Shown piece by piece: positions 12,786 through 24,548 of a stretch of DNA of 64,000 bases (within the stretch, counting starts at the first letter, position 1; each line of letters begins with the position of its first letter). The DNA comes from Nemertoderma westbladi. Its lineage: Eukaryota > Animalia > Xenacoelomorpha. Both the position numbers and the translations under genes were made by a program. The stretch spans positions 1 to 64,000 of the forward strand of contig JAUCBJ010003602.1 of assembly GCA_032718475.1 (NCBI GenBank). The letters run 5' to 3'. The notes under the pieces were generated by a model. It searched no databases and was not told the origin of the DNA. It worked only from the letters and a program-made list of their open reading frames with translations.

Positions 12786-12840
12786 TAACCCTATTAGCAC
12801 TGGTGGGGTGTCAATCCCCCCCCCCCCCCCACAGATTATA
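12786..12840. mobile_element. Terminus of a piggyBac-type MITE related to the 40396-41958 element
   Basis: TTAA|CCCTATTAGCACTGG..GGGGTGTCAATCCCCC resembles the TIR and subterminal palindrome of that element; the partner end was not found. Confidence 0.5.
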
Positions 12841-13579
12841 ACTGCCCTTAAACCTTACAACCACATTCTGTATCTGCCCAATTTCTTTAGCAAAAAACTT
12901 TTGTAAAAAATGGTGTCCTCGTTGGATTTCTACATTTCGATGTGGGTGACACCTCAAAATTTGGTCCCCAGCACAAAATAACGGCTTTTATGAGTTCTTA
13001 ATTAGAGAATTCTTTTGGGGTATTTTATTGATACTGATTGGTATGAAGCACTCTACTTACTGCTCTATACAAGTATGTAAGTTTAGCGGTACGCCATTTT
13101 TGGGGCAGCAAAATTATGGCGTGGCACTTCAAATTTTGAAATACATGGTGTCCCACAAAATTTGACATGGTTTCGTTTTAAAATAACTCCGCTGCACATT
13201 AATAAAATTCAGGGTTATTGGTCTAATTAGAAAGCTAGAGTGCTAACTTAAAGAAAGAAACTTGTTGGAAACAATTATATTGCTATGGTAACCCCCTGCG
13301 GTAGTTCATAAAGAAACAAGGGTTTTAGAAAGGGGCATGAATAATTAATTTTAAGAGTAAAAATTGTAACATTTCAAAGCATTTAAAAATTTGTAGTTTG
13401 TTAATTAAGGAATTACAGTAACTTAAGATTGATTTGGTTGCAATGGAAACCTACTGCTTGTAATATCTGCAAACATTTTCATTTTCAACTTATTTTAAAT
13501 TTCATATGGTATGAATGAGAGATTTGCAATTATTACTTTGAAGAATGTTTTGGAAAGTTTCGTGAGTTTTGAGATTTTT

Positions 13580-15700
13580 GTATTTGATTTGGCTGTAAAA
13601 CTCGATGTGTCTCCCGCCGACATTCTGTACCTTAGCCAGTCTGCGGATTAGTTCAGAGTGGAGATGAGCAGTAGTTATAGATTGCAACGCAACACTAATT
13701 GCATTTTGCAGTTCGGTGAGTTCTTTAGATGACCCCACAAGTAAAAGTTACAGGGGGTGAGGTCTGATGCTCTAGAGGCCATGTTTTCGGACCATCTCGA
13801 CCAATTCATCTACCAAGAAACACATTATTGAAATATGCGCCAGAGGCGTAGCTTATTTTTGAGCGCCCCCCCCCCCCCCCCCCAAAAAAAAAAAATTAAA
13901 GCTATAACGCAAAATAATTATGGAAAGGGAGTATATTTATTAAAAAAATTATGATTATATTTATTACAAAAATAAGTAGGCCTAATTAGAAAAAAATATG
14001 ATATAATATAATTAAATAATACAATAGCGATATTAAATTGAAGCAAATTCGGTAATTAATGCCTTAAGGGGGGGGGGGGGGGGGGGGTGGGCTATTTTTC
14101 AAAATAATTTTCAAATAAAAAAAACACTGTTTTTTCGTAAAAAATTTGATGAACAATTGCAAAACTAAAAAAACTGCTCGAATTTTATTATTGCGCCTAC
14201 AGTACTAGTAGCTTTCATTTGATACCAAAAACTGACAAATTGGTTGAAAAATGGCGGAGGAGATGTGTTTTAAAATTGAAAAATACCATTCAGAGATAAT
14301 TGCCTTTAAAGTTTGAACCTTCCCGCGCAAAAACTGTCTGTTAGTATGTGAGAATGTCTGTCAATATATATATATAGGAACACGGAAGCACAAAACCATG
14401 CTAAAACTTTCGCTATGGGGGTTTACCTGGTCGCTGATTTCATTTCTGAGGTCAGTTTTCACTTTTAATGAAATCTAGTTATTCTGTTTGACGTGTTTGT
14501 CTGTCGACAATCTGTCCTTTAAATATAAGAAAATGGAAGACCATCTAGCTAAAGGTTTAGCTCTATGGGTTTTCCTGTCGCAGATTGTCAGTTTGGCTGA
14601 CTGTTTTAATTTGACGGACAGACTGACAGGCTTACAGACAGGAACGACGACGCCAAATTTGAATACTGATATCAGGAATGAAGTCACGGACCAAGAAAAC
14701 TCATTTAGGAAATTTTTGAGGCAGATATTATGAATTCCATTGTTTTGGAGACATACTGACGGACATACCAACAGTAAAACGGACAGACGGAGACGTAAGA
14801 CAGATGATCTTGCTAAACGGTTTTCATATTTGGAATCTGGATTTTTGAAAATTTTGAAAAAAAATTGAAAGCCAGTAACCCCATATCAGTGGATCTTAAG
14901 GCCAACTGATAAACAGCATTATTTATAAAGGCCACACTGATACAAAAGGCAATTGACTCACTGGGTGGGGTGCCTTTAATACTGTAGAGTCAGCCCATAC
15001 CAAGAAGGCAAAAACAACAGATGATAATGTATCGGCATGCCTGCAGCTCGTCTTGTCTTTATAGGTTGGTGGGCCATAATGCAGCCACCACTACTAATGA
15101 TTAAATTTCTAAATTTTTGCTTATAATCAAAATTTCCTCTTCTAAATATTTCTAAATTTTGCGCCCTCTGAGGCGGCGCCCACGGGCGACCGCTCATCCC
15201 TGCCCCACCCTAGCGGCGCCTCTGAGTATGCCCGCACAATTAGTCCCCAATGTGTTGGAGCACCGTATTGCTGGAAGACAACATCTCCGTTTTCGCCAAT
15301 GTTAGGCACAAAAACGTCTGTAACATCTGCAAATAATTATTACTTCTGCCGGTTCCTTCAAAGAAGTAGGGTCCTATAATGCGACTTTCGGACATTGCAG
15401 CCCACAGAGTTAGTTACCTTAGGAGAGTCTCTAAAATGCTCCACTATTTTATGGGGATTTTCTTTACCCCAAACGCGGCAGTTCCATCGATGAACCTGGG
15501 CATTCAGATGGAATGTGGATTCGTCACTGAAGAACCGTCACCCTTCCCTCTAAGTCATTGTTCTGCAAAGTCTGAGAGATTCTCCAGCGGCGACAACTCT
15601 TGTGGGGTAATCAGAAGGTTTTAGACCTTGGATAATTTGAATTTTATATGGCTTGAATTTCCGTTTACTTCTAAGATAATTCATCGCCCAGGTTACGGGA
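13580..15700 (-). pseudogene. Tc1/mariner-family transposase remnant, interrupted by an insertion
   Basis: Minus-strand pieces FFSDESTFHL (~15525), LWAAMSESRIIGPYFFEGT (~15380), FQQYGAPTHW (~15265) and RASDLTPCNFYLWGHLKN (~13750); 2nd and 3rd catalytic Asp positions appear mutated. Confidence 0.8.
13841..15224. mobile_element. Non-autonomous DNA element (hAT-like CAG...CTG termini) inserted in the mariner remnant
   Basis: Left CAGAGGCGTAGCT; right end reverse-complements to CAGAGGCGCCGCT; degenerate ~8-bp TSD (aatatgcg/agtatgcc); the transposase motifs resume on both sides. Confidence 0.6.
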
Positions 15701-16399
15701 GCAATCATAATAAAGTTAGTTAAATGTGGTCTTTATCCCCCTACGGTATATTGTTATATAATAATAATGCTATATTTCAGCCAACAGTCCTTAATCAACC
15801 AGTAAGTAACTACTGTATGTGTCTAACCGGTAAGGATACTAGAAACTATTATACTACTGACAGGACAAACTACTGCACCAATCTTGGTGACAACTTGAGC
15901 ATATTTTCTTAATTTTTGAAATTTTAGGTGCCACGCCATTATAATATGCGCCAATAATGAGCTAATACTAGGTAGTCATGTTTTTAGAGAGTTAGAATAA
16001 TGTCATTTAAATCAGCGACCCAGAGAATAATGTCATTTAATTCACCGACCCAGACAACCTATATAAAATGCGGAGAAATCAAAACATTGTGGTATTGTCC
16101 GGATCTCACATTTATCACATTTGAAGTGCCACGCGAATTCTTAGATGCTCGAAAATTGCATACCGCTAATTTTTGGGAATGGAATATAATCGTATTCGAT
16201 TCAGCGTCTTGAAAAACCTACTAGAGCAAGGGAAAAAAGCCACACTATTAGTTTTTAAAATAAATTTGGTCCTGGGAGAACTTTCTATGTTTCATAAAAA
16301 TTATGGTACCCAGCTTACGAAATTTTGTGAACTGATGATGATCAGTGATCATAACATACTGATCATAACATAATGATCATAACAATGTATTTTCTACAG

Positions 16400-16498
16400 A
16401 TATTGCTACTGCCTGCCCCGACTGTAGAAGCAATGTTGAGACCGGTTGCCAACCCTCGTTCACTACATATTTTGATGGGAACCGAATGTTCTGCATAA
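16400..16498 (+). CDS. Cys-rich exon of the lectin/EGF/Ig gene
   Basis: tttctacag|AT...ATA A|gtaagt; IATACPDCRSNVETGCQPSFTTYFDGNRMFCI; phase 1 to phase 1. Confidence 0.7.
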   Translation: MLLLPAPTVEAMLRPVANPRSLHILMGTECSA

Positions 16499-16940
16499 GT
16501 AAGTTTATTCGATAGTATACGAATCATTTTAACTATAATATAGTCAAGTAATTTTTCATAAAATAGCACTTTATAGCGTTAGGGCACGAGTGATTTCGTT
16601 AACAAATTGGTGTACTGTATTTATAATATATAATAATGGCCTGCAGGGGAAGAAAATTACATGCGAAATTCGAATACCAATATCTCAGCTATTTCCCAAC
16701 CAAATTCAAATATTTTAACATATTATTTGCAATCCTTGCACGGCCAGCTTTCCACTAGTACCAACAAATCAAAATAAGATTGAAGAATAACTGCAGGAAG
16801 ACCGGTGGTGCGAAATCGCCGGAGACACTTCTTTCAAATACTTGTAGCTAAATAATGAAATCGAAAATAGAAATTCTGGCGCACACAGCAAGGACGGAGG
16901 TGAAACCATCTCTGTTTCAAATTTCATGCAATCTCATTAA

Positions 16941-18290
16941 CCCATACAATCCTGAATAATTTTTAGGCAGTGGAAAATTATTTTTCTGGTATAAACTAGT
17001 TAATTGGATGCTAAATAGTCGATTTTCAGTGGAAAAAGTTAAAATTTATATTTTGGTCAAAGAGAACAATCATGTTCCCAATAGGGGTCAACAGGCTTCA
17101 GGGATTCCAGTTGGGGACAACTTTCTGAATTTGTTAACTTTGTAAATCACAATACTTTGAGGCTGCAATGTATGGTAACAATGACTTATGCATGTTCAGA
17201 TGTGGGTCAGTATATGTGTGTCTGTCTGTCTGTATGTCTTTCGGGTCCATCCGTATTATAAAACTAAAAAAATACAATTATAAAATAAATAATTATATTG
17301 ATATATGAACAAATTACTACAAATACAAGAACTTACCACTACAATCAATACGCCCATTTTTTGCTCAAAACAAATACTAAAACCATAACCCAATATGGAC
17401 ATGGATGATTAGAACTAAATGATTACTGTAAAGCATGTTCAGGGCTGATGATATTCCAAATAACAGTTGCGTTCTGGGCGAAGACACAGATAGACGAGAC
17501 ACTTCATGCACTTGACCTGTGACTTCATTCCATAATGTCGACAACGAGAGCGATCACTATGTAAAACCATCTCCGGAAAATGAGCCACAATGTCCCTCCG
17601 AATGTCTTCTGCAGGTTATGGCATTGAGGGTCCTCACATGCCCTTCATGTTGGATGTAACAAGCACCAATCCTTGCACACTGACTGTCGGTGTTGTACAC
17701 TGACTGGAAGCAGGAGATGAGTCTGATGGGACAGCTATTAATTGGCGCCCTCTCTTTCATGTCAGTGTGGGGGGAGCCTTGTTTAGAAAGAGCAAGGAAG
17801 ATGCTATTGAACTGGTAAACCCTAAGAGATCGAGATTTTTCTCCTTCAGCTGGGAGCAGGCCCTCTTATATCCCAACCACCCATTTACAACAGCTACGTT
17901 TAGGACCCACAAGAATACACAACGGTACTACTTCATGTACTTATGGTCACAGACATATAAAGTTCAAACATATCAAACAAATCCACCCCTCCCATATGTT
18001 CGTTATATTCAGCTACAATTACAACTAAAATCTTCTTCTTCAGAGACTTTGACCATCACTGCACGGCACGGGCGCCACAGGTTCAGTCCCTACGAAAGTC
18101 TATGATAGTTGAACCATGCGATTATCATACCAATGGACAAGAAATAGACCAGAATTTCTGTCCATCTTCATGTCAAACATCCCTCGACTGTCTTTCCTGA
18201 GATCCCTCTCGCTCTTGAGTGGACAGCCCCTGGTTCTATCCTTGCGAAGGGAACCAATCGAATCGAACCCCATATCATTCAATATTCCTT
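16941..18290 (-). mobile_element. piggyBac transposon remnant (3' half of transposase and one terminus)
   Basis: GSLRKDRTRGCPLKSE...HWYDNRMV, EYNEHMGGVDLFDM and C-terminal CMKCLVYLCLRPERNC; TTAA|CCC terminus at 16937-16943; frameshifted. Confidence 0.82.
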
Positions 18291-18421
18291 GGCATTTGTA
18301 TGCCTCGAATGCAGCATAACTGAGTGCAAAGTTTCGTTGACGTGAGGCCGGCCTCATGTACTCGTCGAGTCAAATCGTCGTAATCAGGCTACATCGTATG
18401 TATTGCGGGATTATCGGGAGT

Positions 18422-18910
18422 CTATCCTTAGTACATAGAAATCCCTCTATTTCATTATAGCAAAATGACTGTCGTGCTGTTGACTTGGGTTGACATTTAG
18501 AATTGCCGATCCTACATATGAACTAATATAGTCTGTAAGAATTATAGTATGGCGTGACATTTAGAGCAGATAGTTCTATCCAATAGTAGCTTTCTGGGGT
18601 TTGATCTCCCACCCAATAGTAACTTTCTGAAGCTTTATCGTTCGATATTTACCTGCTTTACTGTATGTGCATAATATATATATTTTCCGCAATTTAGTTG
18701 TGGTTCTGTGCATCGTAGAGTAGTGTGAAGTACGCATCGTTTCCTACGGGTTTGTATGGTTTGAACTTTCTATACGGTTTGTTCGCACGGTTGAAACAAT
18801 ATATATATACGTTTAAATATAAAGGTCATCTGTTATTCGACATTCTTTACAAACCGCGTGTGTAATGGATGAACGTTCCACTACTAAGCTGCTAAGAAAA
18901 CGATGCAACA
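18422..18910 (+). repeat. 5' LTR (part alignable to the 3' LTR)
   Basis: Matches 28809-29249 plus 29976-30023 with about 7 substitutions by eye; true 5' start unclear. Confidence 0.9.
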
Positions 18911-18943
18911 AAAGTAGGAAACGTCGCTAAGAGCGGAAGTTGT

Positions 18944-20344
18944 GTGAAAGTTGAGTCATCAATTCTAACTGTAATGTCTGATAAAGGCACTGGTACCGCC
19001 AGTGTTATTGAGCAGGAAAGGGGTGCAGTGGTTTATCATGCACGAAGATTGCATCATACACGATCGTCTGAAGCTGGACGGATCCATAGTCAGTTCGTGG
19101 CACGAAAATCTGGAACTGGGACGAGATCGAGTCTGGGGGTACGGCACCGAGCGAGGAGTTTAAATTTGGATGACGTTGACATTGGACCGCGATTTGTTCG
19201 AGCCCATTCGTGTGGAGACACCTTGGGGCCGAAAACAACTTTTGGTTGGGAACCATTATCCAAAAAACGACAGTAACGAGAGCTGGTGTGGGACCTGCCA
19301 AAATCCCAATTCTCAAAGAAGTAGGTGTGTTGGACGGGATAACTAAGGAGACAGACAGTGAGGTCGGTACCCAGGCTCCACAAACTTACTCGAGAATAAA
19401 GGAAAAAGTAACCACGCAAAAGACAACACGTTTAACCACGGCTATGGGTACACAAGAATTACCATATATGTACCCTTCGGCAGTGGAGCGGGCAGCAAGA
19501 AATTATAGACGCGTTCGGGCTGATATAAAGGATTGGGGGAGTGGGGCGAATATGGAGTTAAATCTGATGGACGCCATGGCCATTGTTAATAAATATTATG
19601 AAATTTTGGAGGCGTTCGGTCATAACGAACAGGCTCAACTAGTTGAGGGGAAAATAAGCGATATGATGGTACAAGCGTACATTAAGGGTATTTTGACAAG
19701 CAATGTCCGGGTTGGCAGTTCTACTGTAGGTAACCCCGTGGCACCAGAACACAGTTGGTATGGTGTACATAACCAACACAATGACACAGTTATGCCTCCG
19801 ATTTTACCAGAGGATAGCATTTCGAACCATCAGTCTGATCCTGATGGGTCCTGTAATACATCTTTATTACAGCACTAGATTTAGCACGGATTTAGAGGCC
19901 GAGAGAGCTGACCAAATAAGAGTGAGGGAAGAGGAGAGAGAAGCATGTGAATTGAAAGAGAAGCGTGAGAGAGAAGAATTAAATAGGAGGCGAGTGAGAG
20001 AGGATGGAGAAATAGATCGTGCTAAGGAGGAGGGTAAGCGGGAAATGGAATTTGCAACAAAGAGGCAACGAGGTCCCCTTAGGTTGGTAGCAATAAGGCT
20101 TGCTGTGAGATCAGTATCAGCCCAGAATAGTGAGGTGTCGCGAGTGAGTCGTGCTACTAAGGCTGTATCAGTGCAAGAGGCGGAAGTGAAACAAAATAAT
20201 GCGGCAAGTAAGCGCAGTATAGAGAAACAACTAGTCGAAAGGGATGGTTTGGTACGGCCTAACCCTAATGATACAAATAATATTAAAATAAATGAAGTGA
20301 GAGTTTTGAATATAGGGAAACACTTAAGGGTGCAAAATAGTTTA
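18944..20344 (+). pseudogene. BEL gag N-terminal region (fragmented)
   Basis: ORFs 19210..19878 and 19760..20347 with PEDSISN and an E/R-rich coiled coil, directly after the 5' LTR. Confidence 0.6.
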
Positions 20345-20581
20345 TAATAATAATAATAATCGTTTTATATTCATCATAATTGACATAGCCTACATAATTA
20401 TAGCACATTTAGTAAAAAATTGATATTGTTGTACCTGATACTGCTTACTTAAAAATATATAGAGTCAATAAAATCACAATATTATCATCATCAATTCACA
20501 TAGACTTGTTAATAAAAACGTGAAATATATTATCCAACAAAATACGTCAATTTGTTTAAAAATAAATAAATAAATAACTAA

Positions 20582-23420
20582 TTACAGACGGAGGCGGTTA
20601 TACGTTTTAAAAAGCATTGACTGAGGCACGCAAACAGAATGTACAAGTGATAAAATTGAGTTATTAGAATTCCTGACTCTAAAAAACAGACTATGTAAGG
20701 CAAAGCGATGAATATGATTAATTGAATTAATCCTAAGTGACATTAACATATAACTGGCACTGAGATGAGTGTCTGTAATACTCTCATACAATTTAAAACC
20801 AAATAACTTCCTAACCGATTTATTTAGTGCTATACAAAGTTTATTAAACACGTTACGTGTGTAGTAACCGTCAGCCCAGAGGGCATTACAATAAACAGAT
20901 GAACAATAACTAGAAAAGAGTTGTATTTTTACATTATCGGAGCACCCACTGAACTTACGAATTAATTGGTTTGCATGCGAATAAAACTTCCTTGTCTGGG
21001 CCTTGATTTGATGTCCTCGTCATCACAAAAGTCACTTGTTATTATATGTCCAAGGTACTTAAACTTTTGAACTACTTCTAAGACCTTACCATCTAATATG
21101 AAAATCCTGCCTTCCCCAAAGCCACTGCGAGTTTTGCTGCGTATAATAAGACACTTCGACTTTTTAGGATTAAAGCTAATGAAGTTGATGTGTGCAAATT
21201 TCATACAGATATCTAACAGAAGCTGTAAAGAAGTAGGAGTCGTTGTAATTAAAACCAGATCATCAGCATAGTAAAGGTGATTGACACAAGTACTGTCAAA
21301 GGAACATCCTACCTCAGTATTGGTGAGGTCAATACTCAACCGGTCGATGAAAATGTTAAATAATTTCGGGCTTAATATGCTACCTTGCCGCACCCCGTTA
21401 CTGCACATAAATTGTTGAGACAAGGTACCAGACCATCTAACGTGCATTGATTGGTTTGTGTACCAAAACACGAGAACACGCAATAAAAATATGGGTATAC
21501 CACGTTCAAATAATCGCAAGAATAGAATATTATGGTCTACCGAATCAAAGGCTTTTGACGCATCGAGGAACGTTATATAAACATTAGAACCATTGAGCAA
21601 ATAATAATTGATGATTTCTTTTAGAGTATAACTACATAACTCTGTACCTAATTTCTTCTTAAATCCAAACTGCGCATCGGTTGTATATAAATAATGATCA
21701 ATACGACTTAAAATAATTAGCTCATATAATTTGCTAATAATAGACAAAAGCGAAATGGGACGATAATTTCCTTTATCGGATATATCGCGTGACTTGTCCT
21801 TAACTATAGGATTTAGTACAGTAGTTATCATTGAGATGGTAAAAAACCATGAACGTTAAAAGCAGTAAATAGCAGCGATAGTAGGCCGTGTAAATATTGG
21901 TTCGATAAAAATATGTGTTCTGCAAAGATACCATCTTTGCCACATGCTTTATGTTCCTTTAGATTAGTCATTGCACTGAGTAATTCACTTACATTAAAAA
22001 TCATTTCATTATTAAATTCAAGATCCGTAAAAAAGTTAAAAATATGAGAAATATCTGCACCGGAGTGGTTTGAGTTAAAAATATCAGAAAAATGATCCTT
22101 CCACATGTTGGCAATATTATAATCTCCACATGCACCCCCTACTTTAGCGGCACATGGGGTTTTATACTGTACATCGCGTTTTATATTTTTCCAGAACGTG
22201 TAACTAGAATCGGTCATCAAAGAGGACGCTAGTTTATCGTTGCGAATTGTATCCTGTTGCTTTTTACAGCGCCGCAAGGCCAGTTTAAACCGCGATCTAG
22301 ACAGCACCATTAATCGATGCACCTGACCAGACCGCGGACTATTGGCCTCCCGCCATAGAAGAAATTGTTCGCGAGCCTCCCTGTGGAGTTCACTGACCTC
22401 GTCATTCCAACCCGGAATTCCATGTTTCGAAATGGTCAGAGCTCCAGAATGGGGAATCGTTTCATCGGCGGCCAAATGCAGTGCCGATGTAATATTGTCG
22501 TATAACTGTTCAAGGTCTGATCGATGACCCGAACATTGTGGGTTACGGCACTGTAATGCCTCCCAAGGTAAATTTATCGATTTAAGATGACATGCCATTG
22601 CCTGTCCGTAATTGACTTTGTCCTGGTCTGAAGCCCGATCCCAGGCCGGTTTACTGAACCCGGGAGCCTGTTGGCCATGCGGAGAGGACTCCTCATTGGG
22701 TAAAACAACTTCCGTGTCGAGATCGATTATTAGCGGCATGTGATCAAGCGTTGATACGTCATAATCTACACTGATATTCATAACAATTGATTCCATTGTA
22801 CCACTACATATGAAGTGGTCAAGCCAGGATGTCGAGTTGTAGGATGCACTGACGTATGTGAACGTTGACGGCGGCAGCCGTTCCACGTCGATGATTCTCA
22901 ATCCAGTTTCCGTGCAAGTTGCCAGTAAGTCGACATAAAATTGTTGTCGATGATCAGTATTAAAGTCGCCAATAAACCCTACATGGTTTACAGGGATAGC
23001 TTCGATAAGGGTCTGAATCTTTCCGAGACAGTCCAAATATTCATCGTGGTTGTCCCTGCACTCATAAGGCAGGTATACATTAACTAAGACAATGTCATTA
23101 CCGCCCTTCTGCGAAACTTTTATTGCCAGAAATCGTGGATCCGAGGAATCTACGACTTCAATTGCACTCGCGAAATTACGTTTCCAAATCAGTCCTAATC
23201 CGCCGTATGGACGACCAACAAGGGACCCATTAGCGAGATCTACAGGCGATGTTCCATAATGTTCAAATTCATTATTTATCTTTCCCAGGTAAGGAATGTC
23301 CTGTTTAGGAAGTAAATGTTCCTGGATAAAAACAATGTCACATGATTCACAGAGTTTATCTAAAACTAGATGACTGCTACCGGTTCGTACAGAGTTTGCA
23401 TTGTATGATCCTATTCTCAT
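20582..23420 (-). CDS. RTE-X ORF2 (APE and RT) with two frameshifts
   Basis: SYNANS, IQEH, GRPYGG, GDFN, WLDH; NYRPISL, LDASKAFD, GVRQGSILSP, YADD. Frameshifts at ~21830 (LPSQ/MITT, one A missing) and ~20995. Confidence 0.9.
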
Positions 23421-23606
23421 TATCAGTTATTGTAGACTATTATTATCGACTGGGTGCGTGGAGGGAGACTGATCGCTTTGCTGATGTGATCGGTCGAACC
23501 ATTCACGGACGATGGAGTCGCTTGGCCACAGATCAGCGGAGGATTCCGATTTCAGGGTATCCATTTGATCACGTGTTCCAGAAACCACAAAAGATTTGTA
23601 ATTTGT

Positions 23607-24488
23607 CTAATATTTGAACTTGAACTCTTTGCACTCAAAGTCGAATTTGAATGTTTCCTTAATATAATCCAGCAACACCAATGCAGTTACATCGACCTCG
23701 AGTCGAGATATGAACACCTTTGCCTTTGGAGCCACACCTCGAAGGGAGAGTCCATTACCAGTACCACGAACCTGAGGACGCCGCGTTGGTCGATTAACAG
23801 TCCTGACGACCGGGCCCCGGCCCCGGTCATTGCTGGAGCGAGTTATTCGCACAGGCCTACCACGAGGTCCTACTAGTGTCATCCCATCTTCATCAACGGG
23901 GGTATTGGAATGTGCTACCGATGCCCAGCTCACCCCCAGTTTGGGTCTGGGAGGTTGTTGAACGTTAACCTGAACGCGATCGCCTATTTCTGACGTATTC
24001 AGTAGACCTTGGGGCGTAGGTGTTGCAGACTCGAGTACAGCCACTTTCGCCTTCAATGTATCCATATCCTTCATTAGCGTTGAAATAAATGAACCCAAAG
24101 TCGATACCGGAGGGAGGACTGAGAAATCTTCCACAACGAATCGAGGTTTTGGATCCAGGGCATGGAATTCAGCGGATTCAAAAAAATCCAATATGTCGCC
24201 AATAAACCGGCGGCGCTTTCCGTCTCCAGTATGTTTCTGTCCAAATTTCTTTCTGATGTCTCGACAGTCAGGAATGAGCTCCAGGAGCTGAGCTCGACCC
24301 TCCTCGAAGTGAGCCGTTGAGAACACAGTCCAGCATAGCATGGTTTCTAGAAGTTCATTGTACGGAGTCCCTCGTTGAAGACGTAGGAAGGAGAAACACA
24401 ACACTCCATTTTCTACAAGGAGCGGGGTCGACATCCCAATAAACTGGGAACCGACAATATACCAATGTAATAAAATAACAAAATTCAA
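23607..24488 (-). CDS. RTE-X ORF1
   Basis: 293-aa ORF upstream of ORF2 with SWASVA and KVFISRL (RRM-like) motifs; the start is probably the internal Met (MSTPLL); C-terminus frameshifted. Confidence 0.75.
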   Translation of the reverse strand: MNFVILLHWYIVGSQFIGMSTPLLVENGVLCFSFLRLQRGTPYNELLETMLCWTVFSTAHFEEGRAQLLELIPDCRDIRKKFGQKHTGDGKRRRFIGDILDFFESAEFHALDPKPRFVVEDFSVLPPVSTLGSFISTLMKDMDTLKAKVAVLESATPTPQGLLNTSEIGDRVQVNVQQPPRPKLGVSWASVAHSNTPVDEDGMTLVGPRGRPVRITRSSNDRGRGPVVRTVNRPTRRPQVRGTGNGLSLRGVAPKAKVFISRLEVDVTALVLLDYIKETFKFDFECKEFKFKY

Positions 24489-24548
24489 AATTCCGACAAT
24501 ACAGCAATATTTCAGAGTTTAAACAGTACAGCAGTACAGCAGTATTCA

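Larger units (their letters stand above)
20345..24548 (-). mobile_element. Apparently full-length RTE-X-like LINE inserted in the BEL element
   Basis: ORF1 23607..24488, ORF2 in three frames, (ATT)n tail at 20345-20359; IPGWNDEV..H..ARE.FLLW...NSPRSG motif recalled as typical of RTE-X. Confidence 0.88.

Noticed and set aside
21828-21831. ATGA stop/start overlap as translational coupling in RTE-X ORF2
   Set aside because: A single missing A in CAA-ATG restores a continuous LPSQMITT typical of ORF2; mutation or sequencing error is simpler.
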